Below are positions 1 to 10,554 of a stretch of DNA of 64,000 nt, in pieces (the first letter of the stretch is position 1; every line of letters starts with the position of its first letter). Origin of the DNA: an uncultured Nitrospinota bacterium (GTDB taxonomy: Bacteria; Tectomicrobia; Entotheonellia; J063; CAVPRW01); the NCBI GenBank assembly GCA_963707985.1, contig CAVPRW010000035.1, forward strand, positions 1-64,000, given 5' to 3'. Made by a program: the position numbers and the translations under genes. Under the pieces are notes generated by a model. That model was not told the origin of the DNA, made no database searches, and saw nothing but the letters and a program-made list of their open reading frames with translations.

Positions 1-226
1 CGGCAGTCAGCGTGAAGAGCGCCTGGAGCTGCTCGAACGGCGCATGCAGGAAGCCGGGATGAATCGAGAGAATTACTGGTGGTTTCTCGACATGCGACGT
101 TTCGGCAGCGTCCCACACTCAGGGTTTGGGCTCGGGTTCGAGCGCTTCTTGATGACCGTCACCGGGGTGGCCAATATCCGTGATGTGATTCCCTTCCCCC
201 GGACGCCCAAGCATCTGGAATTTTGA
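1..226 (+). CDS. asnS: Asparagine--tRNA ligase, 3' end (gene starts upstream of window)
   Basis: Frame from nt 2 reads GSQREER...[25 protein letters not shown]...[12 protein letters not shown], class IIb motif 3 and the AsnRS-type C-terminus. Confidence 0.92.
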   Translation, partial: GSQREERLELLERRMQEAGMNRENYWWFLDMRRFGSVPHSGFGLGFERFLMTVTGVANIRDVIPFPRTPKHLEF

Positions 227-341
227 CCGGAAACGTCCGGCGAGCAGTGGTCTCCTCGGGAGCAGCCGACACCGTGCTGACCGCGATTGCGGGGGCCACA
301 TAAGGTAGAGGGGGACAAGACCCATTCTTTCGTGACGTCGT

Positions 342-689
342 TTACCTCAGTGGGAGATACTCGATTCGATTCGCCATCTCTTCGGGGTCCAACACCTGGC
401 AGACCACCTCTAGATCCAGCACATATTTGCCTATGGTGGCGGCGAGTTGATGCCCATAGACGAGCCCGGCGAAGAACACACCCGTAACCTGACGATCCCG
501 AGTAATGGCCAGGAGATCGTCGTCCTGAGAGAACAGCACGCGCTGGAAAGCAGTCGCACGGTCCAGCAGCGCCACATCCTCCAACTGGATGCCTCCATCC
601 TCCTGCGCGGTCACTACATCGATCCCTCGGCTCCGTAGTCCCGCGGTGATCGCGGCCTTGACGTGCACATCCATGTATAGCCGTAGCAT
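342..689 (-). CDS. DUF5615 / VapC45-like PIN-domain toxin
   Basis: 115 aa, MLRLYMDVHV...GIDVVTAQEDG...D..LL..A...RVLFSQDDDL; overlaps the DUF433 gene by 1 nt. Confidence 0.8.
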   Translation of the reverse strand: MLRLYMDVHVKAAITAGLRSRGIDVVTAQEDGGIQLEDVALLDRATAFQRVLFSQDDDLLAITRDRQVTGVFFAGLVYGHQLAATIGKYVLDLEVVCQVLDPEEMANRIEYLPLR

Positions 690-1000
690 TACTTCGCCTG
701 CCGTGCGCGCGCGGCAACCAGTTTGGGGTGCGGCGTGTGGTGGCGGCGCTGGTGCTCGGCCTGCTCATAGCTTGCGACGAGGGCGGTGTCCATCGCGTCT
801 TGATGGTCGTAATAGTATGTGAGCGCAGCATGGACTTGGGCTGGCGTCAGGTCGGGATACTGCGCGACGATTTGCGCCGCACTGTAGCCATGCGCCACGT
901 GATCGGCGATAATGTCGATCACCCGATGGCGAGTGCCGTCGATGCACGGGACTCCGCGGCTGTTCAGAGTGATGTGGGGATAGGTCATGTCCTCATCCAT
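689..1000 (-). CDS. DUF433 domain antitoxin
   Basis: G.PCIDGTRHRV...G.S..QI..QYPDLT.AQVHAAL.YY motif; ATG at 1000 with GGAGGA RBS upstream. Confidence 0.85.
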   Translation of the reverse strand: MDEDMTYPHITLNSRGVPCIDGTRHRVIDIIADHVAHGYSAAQIVAQYPDLTPAQVHAALTYYYDHQDAMDTALVASYEQAEHQRRHHTPHPKLVAARARQAK

Positions 1001-1120
1001 TTGTGTCCTCCTGAGCGCGTTATCAGCGCGTGGTGACCCCACGCGTCAGGCCTGCCCCTTGCGGAGCTCACTCCGTCCGCCTGGCAGGTGGCGATAGAGC
1101 ATCAACGGTGCGACCCAAAG

Positions 1121-1330
1121 CTATCGTGCCAACCGGCCAAGCTTCCAGACCATCAGCGTATGGCCGAGCCGCCCACAGTCGAGAGCCGCCGGCTGCTGGG
1201 GCCGATCGCGCTGGACGCCAGAGGCCGGCTCGACAAACACCTTGGCACACCCAGCAGCATGCAGGGCGTTGAGCTGGAGGGCGAGACTTTGGTCCTGGGT
1301 CGAGACCCGAGCATAGCCAATATATATCTG
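1121..1330 (-). pseudogene. Serine recombinase (resolvase/invertase) N-terminal fragment
   Basis: IGYARVSTQDQSLALQLNAL.AAGC.KVF.E.ASG...DRP...TLMVWKL.RLAR, then stop; the rest of the domain is missing. Confidence 0.8.
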
Positions 1331-1620
1331 AGTGCCTCCTAAAGCTCGTCCAAACATAGCCCTTTTCGGAGAGAAGTTTCAAGGGGCGTAACCTGCCCGG
1401 AGGGCATGGGGGTATGCCAGCTCCCTGGCGAGGGTACGACCGTTGCCAGGGGCCGTGCGCACTGCGCCTCATCGAGCATGGCACCGACTCACCTGTCCTT
1501 CCCGAAAATTCGAACCTGGACCAATCCTTGACATTTTTTCCCTTCGCGAGCAACCTTGGTTGAGAAGCCTTTCCTGCTCCAGTGACTTGATCGTCTTGAG
1601 GTTCTCGATGATACCCGATG

Positions 1621-1938
1621 AAACTACCCTTGCCAACGTGGAAAGTCTCCCTGAACAATCATGTCAAGGACTTGGTCTCTCTCGATTTTTTCGTGCTACC
1701 TACAGTCTATACGGGGTGTTGTTTGTGCTCGTGATCCTGGCGCATGAACGGTGCGGATGGTGCATTTCAACGTGACGGAGCGTCCCACCGCCCAGTGGAC
1801 CGCTGTTATCTTACCTCTCTGTCGCTGTCCATGGATGGTCCAGAGCCGAGACCAGTGCATCCTTCGGCGCGTGGATCGGTGATCACGGTGCCCAAGGTTG
1901 GAGACCTCCATCACTATTCTCAACGACGTGCAGCGTGA
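1621..1938 (+). pseudogene. Integrase-core (rve) transposase remnant
   Basis: Across frames: PTWKVSLNNHVKDLVSLDFFVLPTV / VLFVLVILAHER / VHFNVTERPTAQWTA / LSMDGPEPRPV...PKVGDLHHYSQRRAA-stop; frameshifted and internally deleted. Confidence 0.7.
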
Positions 1939-1953
1939 GAAGGAAGGAGAGAT

Positions 1954-2175
1954 ATGGCGTCTTCAACATCACAACTCGAACAACGCGTGGCCGCCCTGGA
2001 AGCGGAGGTGACCAAGTTGAAAAGCCAAATGGAAGCGATGCAGACCACCCAACCGTGGTGGGAGCAGATTGCCGGGACGTTTCAGCACGATCCCATGTAT
2101 GAAGATGCCATGCGGCTTGGGCGGCAATACCGTCAGTCATTACGACCAAAGAAGCTTACACAAAGACAGAAGTAG
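1954..2175 (+). CDS. Small putative antitoxin (coiled coil + WWEQIAGTF motif)
   Basis: 73 aa, strong RBS (AAGGAG), directly upstream of a PIN-like ORF. Confidence 0.6.
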   Translation: MASSTSQLEQRVAALEAEVTKLKSQMEAMQTTQPWWEQIAGTFQHDPMYEDAMRLGRQYRQSLRPKKLTQRQK

Positions 2176-2184
2176 ACATCCCTC

Positions 2185-2481
2185 ATGGTCGTGCTCGATA
2201 CCGATCATATGAGTATACTGGAGTGGGCCGATGTACGGGACTCGACGCCGGCACGTACCCGTCTGGCGGCTCTTTCCCCTGCGGCAGCCCCTTTCCGTAG
2301 TGCGGATCGGCGAAGCATTCCCCAGAACCAGCGTCGTGGTGCCCGGTTGAGTTTTTCCCAGAGGAAGTCCGCCATATGCAGCAGGTGTTCTAAAGGGGGT
2401 TCCAGGCGTAACAGACCGAATATCGCACATGTGCCATATTTCGGCGATAAAGCCTGGAGCCCAAATCTAAATATTGGGTGA
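2185..2481 (+). pseudogene. Degenerate VapC (PIN) toxin
   Basis: N-terminus MVVLDTDHMSILE and a C-terminal RN....VP......WS remnant; the middle is shortened and eroded. Confidence 0.55.
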
Positions 2482-2772
2482 AGCCGTGCCTACTGCCCCC
2501 AGTTGGATGGATTCCATCCCATGAGCGCAATCTGGGTGTTCCGCCAATCACCACCCGCACACGAACCGACGAAGTCCCCAGTCTTCTCAAACGGGCACAG
2601 TCTCAACGGACATGTGGAGACGCGGGGCTGGCGCAATGACCAGCCCCCGCCTCGCGTTATGATAGCGGAGGCGGGAGCGACCATCGCCCTGTCCAGGTCC
2701 GTGGAAGTGTGGATGGCTTCGTCAGTGAAGCCATCCACACCCCGGCCCGCATGGTGAGACCTCGCGCACAAC

Positions 2773-4162
2773 TCAGTGCACAGGCCGGAGGTAGAGATTA
2801 GCGGCCCGCTTGCCAATTTTTCGACCGTAATCGGTCCCTTCTTCGACCGATTTGCGGAAGTGGAACCCAATGAGAATGCGCGAATACGCATTCTCGGCCG
2901 CCGCCTGGGAGAAGCTGGTATACGAGCGGAGCACTGGTGACGGATCGCTGCAGGTGCTACCGGCAGGTAGCGACGCGCTACAGTCCTGGAAGCTGATCTG
3001 GTCGGTGCCGAAGAACTGCTTCAGCACTTCAGCAGCCGCACCCCCTTCGATTGAGTGACCCGAGGGGTAGTCCTGGCCCGGAGGAGTCGAGCGCAACGGT
3101 GTCCACGCCGGGTCACCAGTCGTGTCTGGATTGCCGTCCGTGTCCCAGTCCGAATAGCGGTGATCGGTCGCCAGTAGTTGTAATGGTTCTTGGAATCGGC
3201 CATCGCGATGTAACCATCCGCAAGAGCCATATTGAGCAGGCCGAACAGGCGCGCATTCTCCCAGAGATCGAGTCCCTGGTCAGCGGAAACGGCTCGTGCA
3301 ATTCGGTTCCACTTCAGCGGGGAGCTTTCCCACCAGTAGAGGGCGATTTCGGTCTGGTCGGCAGTGCGTGCGCTGGGAGTGGTGATGCCGTCGCCGCCGA
3401 GAGATTTCACTTCATCGAAGTCTTCCGTGTACTTCTTCTTGCTCACCGCGTACGGCGGCCCCGGACGGAACTGTGAGCTGTCCTTCAGGACGAAGGGGGT
3501 GACATCTTCCCATCTCTCAAAGGCGATGAACGGGGTACCCGGTGTGCATTGGTACTCGCCAGGGTTGGTATCCTGCGGGCAGTTGAAATTAAGAAATGGT
3601 ACACTTGTGGGTTCAACCGCGCCGTCGTCAGCTCTCAGGGCGAGGATCGCCGCCGCCGCGGCCTGTCCCACGGCGATACCCTGCGTCTTGGCCTGACCGT
3701 CGGGGATGGCGGCAAGCGCCGCGGTATAGTCGGCTTCGACGCTTGCAACGCCTGCATCGATGCAAGACTGGGAGACGAGCTCAAGAGGGAGTTGACCGAT
3801 GAGCGGGACCAGCACATCTCGTGCCGCCGCCGCCACTGCTGCGTCCGGAGAAGCTCCCGGTTCCGCCTGCATATCGAAGGCGTAAGGACGAGAGCGACGA
3901 TCGATGGCGTTCAGCGCGTCGTGGATGGCTATGTGCATCATGGCGTAGATACGCGATTCGTGGAGCGGGTTATCGATCAGGAGCTATGCATGCCGCAGTG
4001 GCGGCCACGCCGGCGTTTGCGTTCCAGACGGTGACTGCGTCGCCGCCGGCCGGAGCCGCGAATGCGGCTCGAGTCCTGAGGATCCACCGCACGGGGTAGT
4101 TGGGTGAATACGGCGGCCACAAGGGCCATAACGAGTAATAACCGTGTTTGTAAGCGCATCAT
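2773..4162 (-). CDS. Secreted vanadium-dependent haloperoxidase / PAP2-superfamily protein (about 3 frameshifts)
   Basis: Signal-like N-terminus; DAVTVWN; AMMHIAIHDALNAI; KNHYNYWRPITAIR; PPGQDYPSGHS; SRILIGFHFR. Frame changes near 4094, 3980 and 3140. Confidence 0.8.
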
Positions 4163-4767
4163 GGCAGGCTCCCCTATGTTCAGTGTGCGAGGTGGGCGAT
4201 GGATCTACGCCACGAGAAGAGAGCGAGGGATGTCCCTCCCCATGGGGAGGGGATAATGGCGGGTGAGAAGTTTGGGTCTCACCAGGAAGCGTGTTTGGAG
4301 AGGCCGGTGCAATGTGACTGGTAGCGCTGAGGAACGGTTGGGCCAGGAGGACTGCATCGACCACCTCGGCGAGGGCAACGGCCGTCGCAACAGCTGAATC
4401 GTCGGTGATGGTCGACAGAGGACGACGAAATCGGCCCGAATGTAACGAGCGAATTTCTGAAGTCGAGAGGAGAGTTGTGCTCTTTGTCGAGAGCGTCGAC
4501 CGTAAATCATCACGAGCGCTGGGCTACCCCCTTGTACGAGACATCCGTAGGTTGACGAATCCTTGCCGTCGCCCACTCGTGCCTCCAGGCCACCTCGCAA
4601 CGAAGCGAGTCTCGTGTGGCCGAGACTGCAATGGTTTGAGGTTCATGTCTCACTCTCCTTCCTGCCATGGGTTCAGAGTTGTGCCGTGTCTCTCGACGAC
4701 GCGACCGCCGCGTCGCCAGCACCATGTATCGTAGAAAGGTACGTCTCCCCAGGCGGGAACACATGGC

Positions 4768-4811
4768 ACGATTTGGGCATTTTCTGGGAATTTTCGGGGT
4801 ATTTTTGGGAG
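4768..4811. repeat. 11-bp-period direct repeats (candidate winged-helix operator)
   Basis: ATTTTCTGGGA (4779), ATTTTCGGGGT (4790), ATTTTTGGGAG (4801), plus a weaker unit at 4768, between divergent genes. Confidence 0.6.
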
Positions 4812-4935
4812 TGTCTTGTGCTATGATGAGCGCCCGGTGCGGCCTGAGAGGATGACATGGGAGCGCCGCGGGGAGCAGCCGCCCACGGGATGTCCGGAGG
4901 GACGCTGGGCTCCGAGGCGGCAAGGAGGTGGAGCG

Positions 4936-7900
4936 ATGCGCTACAGCTTTGGAGACTATGTGCTTGACACCCAGCGCCATGAGTTGCATCACGCTGGGGA
5001 GCCCATCAAGCTCCGGCGCAAAGTCTTTCAGGTGCTCACCTACTTCCTGGCGCATCGCGATCGGGTGGTCCCCAAGCAGGAACTCCTCGAGCGCCTGTGG
5101 CCCGGTCAGTTTGTCGGGGAGGAGACGTTGACCTCCTGTATCAAGACCCTGCGCCAGGCGTTAGGGGAGCGGGGGCGGACGTCGCGCTTCGTGCGCACGC
5201 TGCACGGCCAGGGCTATCGCTTTGTGGGGGCGGTCGAGGAGCGGGAGCACCGCTCGACGGACGATGCACCGCAGGCCCTCCCCCAGCGCGGGGGAGAGGT
5301 AGCCACCCGCCAAGCCAAGGGGCCATCACCGGCCCCGTCCTCACCGCTCGCTGACCTGGGGAGTGCCCCCTGGGAGGCGCTGGACGGGGAACACAAACAG
5401 GTCACGGTGCTCTGTTGCGCCTTGGCCGAGGCGCCAGCGCTGGCCGCACGCCTGGGGTCTGAGGCCATGTACCACCTGATGCACGACGTGTTAGCGCTGG
5501 CCCAGGACACGGTGCAGCGCTACGAGGGCACCCTCACCCAGGTCTCCGGCGAGGGCTTCCTGGCGCTGTTTGGGGCGCCAGTGGCACAGGAGGACCATGC
5601 CCGACGGGCAGTGCTGGCGACCCTCGAGCTGCGCCAGCGCCTGCACGTGCCCAATGCGATCCGTGGGCAGTCGCACGGCGTGGCGGTCCGCCTGGGGCTG
5701 CACACCGGACCGGTGGTGGTGGGCCCGCTGGCGTACGAGCCGCAGCAGCCCTACACCGCGGCTGGTGATACCCTCTATCTGGCGACACGGCTCCAGCAGC
5801 GGGCCGCGCCCGACACCCTCCTCGTCAGTGCCGCCACTTACGCGCTGGTACAGGACGAGGTCCAGGGCGAGGTGTGCGAGACTTCCTCTCTCGATGGGCC
5901 ATCCATGCCGGTGCCTGTATACGCCATACGCGGCCTCCTGCGGCGGCGGGCTGGCGTGCCACGACGCGGCGCACGGCCTCTGAGTCGCTTTGTGGGTCGC
6001 ACCCAGGAACTGGCGCTCCTGCACGAGCGGCTGGCGCAAGCGCTCGGCGGGCAGGGGCAGGTGATCGGCATCGCTGGAGAGCCCGGTATGGGCAAGTCTC
6101 GGCTGCTCACGGAATTTGTGCACCGCCTGCGCGGACGGCCGGTGACCTCCTGCGAAGGGTACTGCCTGGCCTATGGCAGTGCCACTCCGTACCTGCCGGT
6201 GCGCGACCTGCTCCGCCAGCTCTGGGGCCTCCCTGACGCTGCCCCTACAACGGTCATCACCGCCACCGTCCAGCAGCGGCTGCGCGAGGCCGGGGTGGCG
6301 TCCGAGGACGAGGCGCTCTTCCTGCTCCAGCTCCTGGACGTGCCCGTGGACCTGGCGCCGTTGGCCGCGCTCGACCCGCCGATGCGCAAGGCGCGGACCT
6401 TTGCATTGCTGTGGCACGTGATCCAGCAGGCCAGTCGGCGGCAGCCCCTCATGCTCGCCGTGGAGAACCTGCACTGGATTGACCCGACCTCGGAAGAGTG
6501 GCTGGTGTCGCTGGTGGAGCGCCTGGGGGACACACCCATGCTCCTCCTGATGACCTACCGACCCGGGTATCAGCCGCCTTGGATCAGGCAGTCGGCGGCG
6601 ACCCAGATGGCACTGTCGCGGCTATCGCCCTGTGACAGCCTGCTGGTGCTGCACTCCGTGCCGCAGGCCGCGCAGCTCCCCGCATCGCTACAACAGGCGA
6701 TTGTGGCCAAGGCGGCCGGCAATCCCTTCTTTGTCGAAGAGTTGACCTGGGCGGCGGTGGAGCACGGCGACCCCGCTGGCCCCCTGCCGGTGCCGGACAC
6801 CATTGAGGCGGTGCTGGCGGCGCGCATGGACCGCCTGCCCCCGGAGGACAAACGCCTGGTGCAGATCGCGGCCGTCATTGGCACCGAGGTGCCCGTGCCA
6901 CTGTTGCAACGGCTGGCGGGGTTGCCGGAAGACGAGCTGCATCGGGGCCTGGTGAACCTCCAGGGCCGGGAGTTCCTATACGAGACGCGGCTCTTCCCGG
7001 ACCAGGCCTACACCTTCAAGCACGCCCTCACCCGTGAGGTGGCCTACGGCAGCCTGCTGCACCAGCGCCGGCGCGCCCTGCATCGCCAGATCGTGGAGGC
7101 CCTGGAGGCGCTGTCTCCCGACCGCCTAGCGGAATCTACCGAGCGCCTCGCCCAGCACGCTCTGCGGGGCGAGCTGTGGAAGAAGGCGCTGCCCTACTGC
7201 CGACAGGCAGGGGAGAAGGCGCGAAACAGCGGGGCCTTCCGCGAAGCGGTAGCGTACTACGAACAGGCCTTCGACGCGCTCGGTCACCTGCCCGAGTACC
7301 CCAACACCGGCGTGCTCGCCATTGAGCTGCACAACCGCTTAGGAGCCTTGCTGAGCCTGGTGGGAGAGCATGCGAGGAGTCTCGCCCTGTTGGGTGAGGC
7401 CGAGACGCGGGCCCGACGGCTGAACGATCGAGCCCGGCTGGGATGGGCACTGTCCAGGGTGGTGACGGTGCGCATGATCGTCGGGGACGTTGATGGCGCC
7501 CTGGCGGCCAGCCGCGAGGCCCTGGAGCTGGCGACCAGCCTCGGGGATCCTGCCCCGCACGTGCACGCCTCCTATCGCGTGGGACAAGTCTATGCCCTCA
7601 TGGGCGACTACCGCCGAGCGGCCGAGGTGCTGCGGGGGAACGTGGCGGCACTGACCCGGAGCACGCCTGGTGCCATGCGTATGTGGTGCATCAAATCGCA
7701 GGGATGGCTCGCGGAAGTGTTGAGCGTCCTCGGGGAGTTCGCCGACGGGAGACGCCACGGGGAAGAGGCGCTCCGCCTCGCCATGGGGGATGGGGAATGG
7801 CACGGGGACGCCCCGATCGCCGTACGCGCGCACCTCGGCCGTCTGTACTTCGCCCAGGGGGACCTGGAAGCGGCCGTCCGGGTGCTCGAGGAGGGCCTGG

Positions 7901-8565
7901 CCCTCTGTCGCGCCTCCGGCCAAAAGGCCTGGTTAGGGTCCATTGTTGGGGGCCTGGGTGAGGCGTACGCCCACACGGGACGTCTCGTTGAGGGCCTTGC
8001 GTTCCTGGAGGAGGTACGCCAGGATGATCTCCGCACAGGGGCATTAGGTGGCGGTTATGTCAGCCACCTGAGGCAGCTCAGTGCGGTCTATCTCCTCGCC
8101 GGACGCATCGACGAGGCCTGGCAGCACGCCTGTCAGGCGTTCGACCTGGCCCGGCAGCTAAAGGCGTGTGGAGAAGAGGCGCGCGCGCTGTTCCAGCAAG
8201 GTGCCGTCCACGCCCAGGCCAGCCCCCCCGACGTCCAACGGGCCGAGACGCGCTACCAAGAGGCACTGACGCGTGCCGAGACGCTAGGCATGCGGCCACT
8301 CCAGGCCCACTGTTACCGTGGCCTCGGCACTCTGTATACGAAGACCGGTCGGCCGGAGCAGGCTTGCGCCGCCCTGGCCACGGCCATTGAGCTCTACCGC
8401 GCCATGGCGATGACCTTCTGGCTGCCCCAGGCCGAGGCCGCCCTAGCGGAGGTGCAGGGCATTGATCACCTGGGGTCACCGTTACTGGCATCGGGCGGCA
8501 GCGGTCCTGTCACGGGGCCGACCACGGCAGCATCAGCCGCATCTCAAGCTGCCAGTTCCGCGTGA
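4936..8565 (+). CDS. STAND-type regulator: OmpR-like wHTH + class III cyclase-like domain + AAA ATPase + TPR
   Basis: MRYSFGDYVLD...LL..LWP...LRQALG...RTLHGQGYRF; RLGLHTGPVVVG; Walker A GEPGMGKS; GNPFFVEEL; YTFKHAL; TPR tail; RBS AGGAGG. Confidence 0.88.
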   Translation: MRYSFGDYVLDTQRHELHHAGEPIKLRRKVFQVLTYFLAHRDRVVPKQELLERLWPGQFVGEETLTSCIKTLRQALGERGRTSRFVRTLHGQGYRFVGAVEEREHRSTDDAPQALPQRGGEVATRQAKGPSPAPSSPLADLGSAPWEALDGEHKQVTVLCCALAEAPALAARLGSEAMYHLMHDVLALAQDTVQRYEGTLTQVSGEGFLALFGAPVAQEDHARRAVLATLELRQRLHVPNAIRGQSHGVAVRLGLHTGPVVVGPLAYEPQQPYTAAGDTLYLATRLQQRAAPDTLLVSAATYALVQDEVQGEVCETSSLDGPSMPVPVYAIRGLLRRRAGVPRRGARPLSRFVGRTQELALLHERLAQALGGQGQVIGIAGEPGMGKSRLLTEFVHRLRGRPVTSCEGYCLAYGSATPYLPVRDLLRQLWGLPDAAPTTVITATVQQRLREAGVASEDEALFLLQLLDVPVDLAPLAALDPPMRKARTFALLWHVIQQASRRQPLMLAVENLHWIDPTSEEWLVSLVERLGDTPMLLLMTYRPGYQPPWIRQSAATQMALSRLSPCDSLLVLHSVPQAAQLPASLQQAIVAKAAGNPFFVEELTWAAVEHGDPAGPLPVPDTIEAVLAARMDRLPPEDKRLVQIAAVIGTEVPVPLLQRLAGLPEDELHRGLVNLQGREFLYETRLFPDQAYTFKHALTREVAYGSLLHQRRRALHRQIVEALEALSPDRLAESTERLAQHALRGELWKKALPYCRQAGEKARNSGAFREAVAYYEQAFDALGHLPEYPNTGVLAIELHNRLGALLSLVGEHARSLALLGEAETRARRLNDRARLGWALSRVVTVRMIVGDVDGALAASREALELATSLGDPAPHVHASYRVGQVYALMGDYRRAAEVLRGNVAALTRSTPGAMRMWCIKSQGWLAEVLSVLGEFADGRRHGEEALRLAMGDGEWHGDAPIAVRAHLGRLYFAQGDLEAAVRVLEEGLALCRASGQKAWLGSIVGGLGEAYAHTGRLVEGLAFLEEVRQDDLRTGALGGGYVSHLRQLSAVYLLAGRIDEAWQHACQAFDLARQLKACGEEARALFQQGAVHAQASPPDVQRAETRYQEALTRAETLGMRPLQAHCYRGLGTLYTKTGRPEQACAALATAIELYRAMAMTFWLPQAEAALAEVQGIDHLGSPLLASGGSGPVTGPTTAASAASQAASSA

Positions 8566-8689
8566 CACAAGCGGGCGCGGTGGCCATTTCGACTCCACCG
8601 CCAGCAGGTCTTCCGTGGGATGCCGTCCGTTCGGCACACACCCCACTCGTCCTGCGCCAGTTGATCGTCCATATGCTCGCCTGTCCCGC

Positions 8690-8920
8690 ACGCTCTGCCG
8701 CGCCGCGTCTGATCATAACTTGTTAGCCATGCAGTGAGCAAGTTCTCGATATTAGGTCTGCTGGTACACTGGCTGACCCAGAAAACGCTTGCCCGAACGC
8801 TACTGCGTGCCTGCGCGTGAGCAAACACCCAACGGGCTCCCTCTTCCCCGTTGTTGACGTCCAAAGTTCTAACCATGACGAGAAAAATGTCAACGTTGTT
8901 GGGCGCGGGTTTCGTTGCTC
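8690..8920 (-). pseudogene. DUF6932-like (nucleotidyltransferase-fold) C-terminal remnant
   Basis: TKPAPNNVDIFLVM...ASVFW...DQTRRG resembles this family from memory; no N-terminus. Confidence 0.4.
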
Positions 8921-9000
8921 GATTCTGGTGATTTGCCATGCCAGGGTCAACATGTTACCCTTGGACCGAGCCAAATACCTTGACCAGGACAGGGAGGCAT

Positions 9001-9180
9001 ATGATGGAATCGCCCAGGCTGGCGCCTACGCTGGTGGTCCGCGACTACGTGGTGGTTTGCCGCGCCCCGGTTGCCCACCACGGCCAGTGTCGGCATGTGC
9101 AGCCCTATTTGACCGAAATGATCATCCTGTCGAACAATAGTAGGGCGAATATCACCCGTTATATCCTAGACGGTACCGAC
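9001..9180 (+). pseudogene. IS701-like transposase N-terminal remnant
   Basis: MMESPRLAP.LVV...QCRHVQPYLTEMIILSNNS.ANITRYILD resembles IS701-family N-termini. Confidence 0.4.
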
Positions 9181-9329
9181 ATATCCGGTATAAGCTGCAG
9201 CAGACGACATCCCATCGCCAACGTCGATGCGAGTCGCTTGTCGTTCTGGACGACACGCTGGGTGGATATGTGGGGCGCCTCTTCGACTACGTGGACTGCT
9301 GCGGCCGTTCAGTTGTAGCCGCCCCACAA

Positions 9330-10240
9330 TAGACAGTATCAAGGTTTATAGTGTACCATCTCCCAAAGACATTTCATCGAGGATGGGAGGTGCCTATGCC
9401 AAGCGATGAGGAAGTGACTCAGCGTGCCGGGAGTTTACGATCGATGACCGGCTTGACGGCAGCGGAATGTATGGCCCTGCTGCCGCATTTTGAGCAAGCG
9501 TTGGTGGTCTATCTGCAGGACCGCACCATTGATGGGCAACCTCGCACCAGCCGTCGTTATCGTGCCTATGAGAATTGTCCGCTACCCACGATCGCCGATA
9601 CACGGCTCTTCATTCTGACTTACGTGAAACAGAATCCTCTCCAAGAGGTACAAGGACAGCTCTTTGGGATGTCCCAATCGCATGCGAACACGTGGATTCA
9701 TTTGTTGCATCCGGTATTGAATCAAGCCTTAGCGGGCCAAGCATGACTTCCGTCCCGTACAGCCGACGATTTGACCGCCATGTTGGCCACGCCACCGCGT
9801 GAAGCCTCTGCTCCGTCCTCCCTTTTTTTCATGATGGGACGGAACGCCCCATCCAGCGTCCGAAAGACCTAGAGGAGCCACAAGAGTATTAGAGTGGAAA
9901 GAAGAGATGCCACACGCGCAAAAACCTCCTCATGATCAACGAGACCTGTCACGTGTGCTTCCTGAGCGGCACCTGTGAAGGGAAAGCCTCTGATAAAAGC
10001 CTGGCAGAGCTAGCTGGCTAGTCCCTTGTCCCCTGGCAGTTACCTGTATCAAGATAAAGGCTTCCAGGGATTTTACCTGCCGGGCGTGACAATCTTCCAA
10101 CCCAAGAAAAAACCACCTGGAGGAGAACTCACCCCGCCTGAGCAGGAGACCAATCGTCGAATTTCTGCCATCAGCATTCGGATTGAACACGCCATTGGTG
10201 GAGTGAAACGCGACAGAATCGTGAAGGACAAAATCCGTCG
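9330..10240 (+). mobile_element. Defective IS5-family (HTH_Tnp_4 + DDE_Tnp_4) insertion sequence
   Basis: SMTGLT...LFILTYVKQNP...LFGMSQ; HDGTERPIQRPKD; SGKK; QDKGFQG; QPKKKPPGGELT; RIEHAIGGVKR. Several in-frame stops and a 3' truncation. Confidence 0.85.
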
Positions 10241-10260
10241 GAGTCTGAAGAGGGAAAGCA

Positions 10261-10554
10261 ATGCCTATAGAGGCAGTTCAGATTCTCAGTACAGTGGCTC
10301 GTGCGCTGGGCATCTCAGAGGACGACCTGCTCAAGCAAGGGCTACGCAGTGTCTTGGAACGCCAACTGCGTGAGGTCAAGGCCGAGATCTTTGAGATCAG
10401 TGGTCGCTATGGTGTGTCTAGCGTCACAGAGATGGACGCTCGCTATCGGGATGGAACGTTGGAAGAAGCCGATTCATGGCGAGATCTGCAGCGCTTGGAT
10501 CATCTGGAGCATAAGCGAGATTCGCTGTTACAGCTTCTTGAGGTTGTGATGTGA
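10261..10554 (+). CDS. Putative antitoxin partner of the DUF6516 protein
   Basis: 97 aa helical protein (RYGV.S..E......G); GTGA overlap with the next gene. Confidence 0.6.
   Translation: MPIEAVQILSTVARALGISEDDLLKQGLRSVLERQLREVKAEIFEISGRYGVSSVTEMDARYRDGTLEEADSWRDLQRLDHLEHKRDSLLQLLEVVM

Noticed and set aside
73..831. Long alternative-frame and antisense ORFs (also 5491-6474, 33690-34613, 34736-35983, 56658-57872)
   Set aside because: Shadow ORFs of GC-rich genes, with no recognisable motifs.
9744..10022. In-frame TGA/TAG stops in the IS5 transposase as recoding
   Set aside because: Mixed stop types, a frameshift and truncation indicate ordinary decay.
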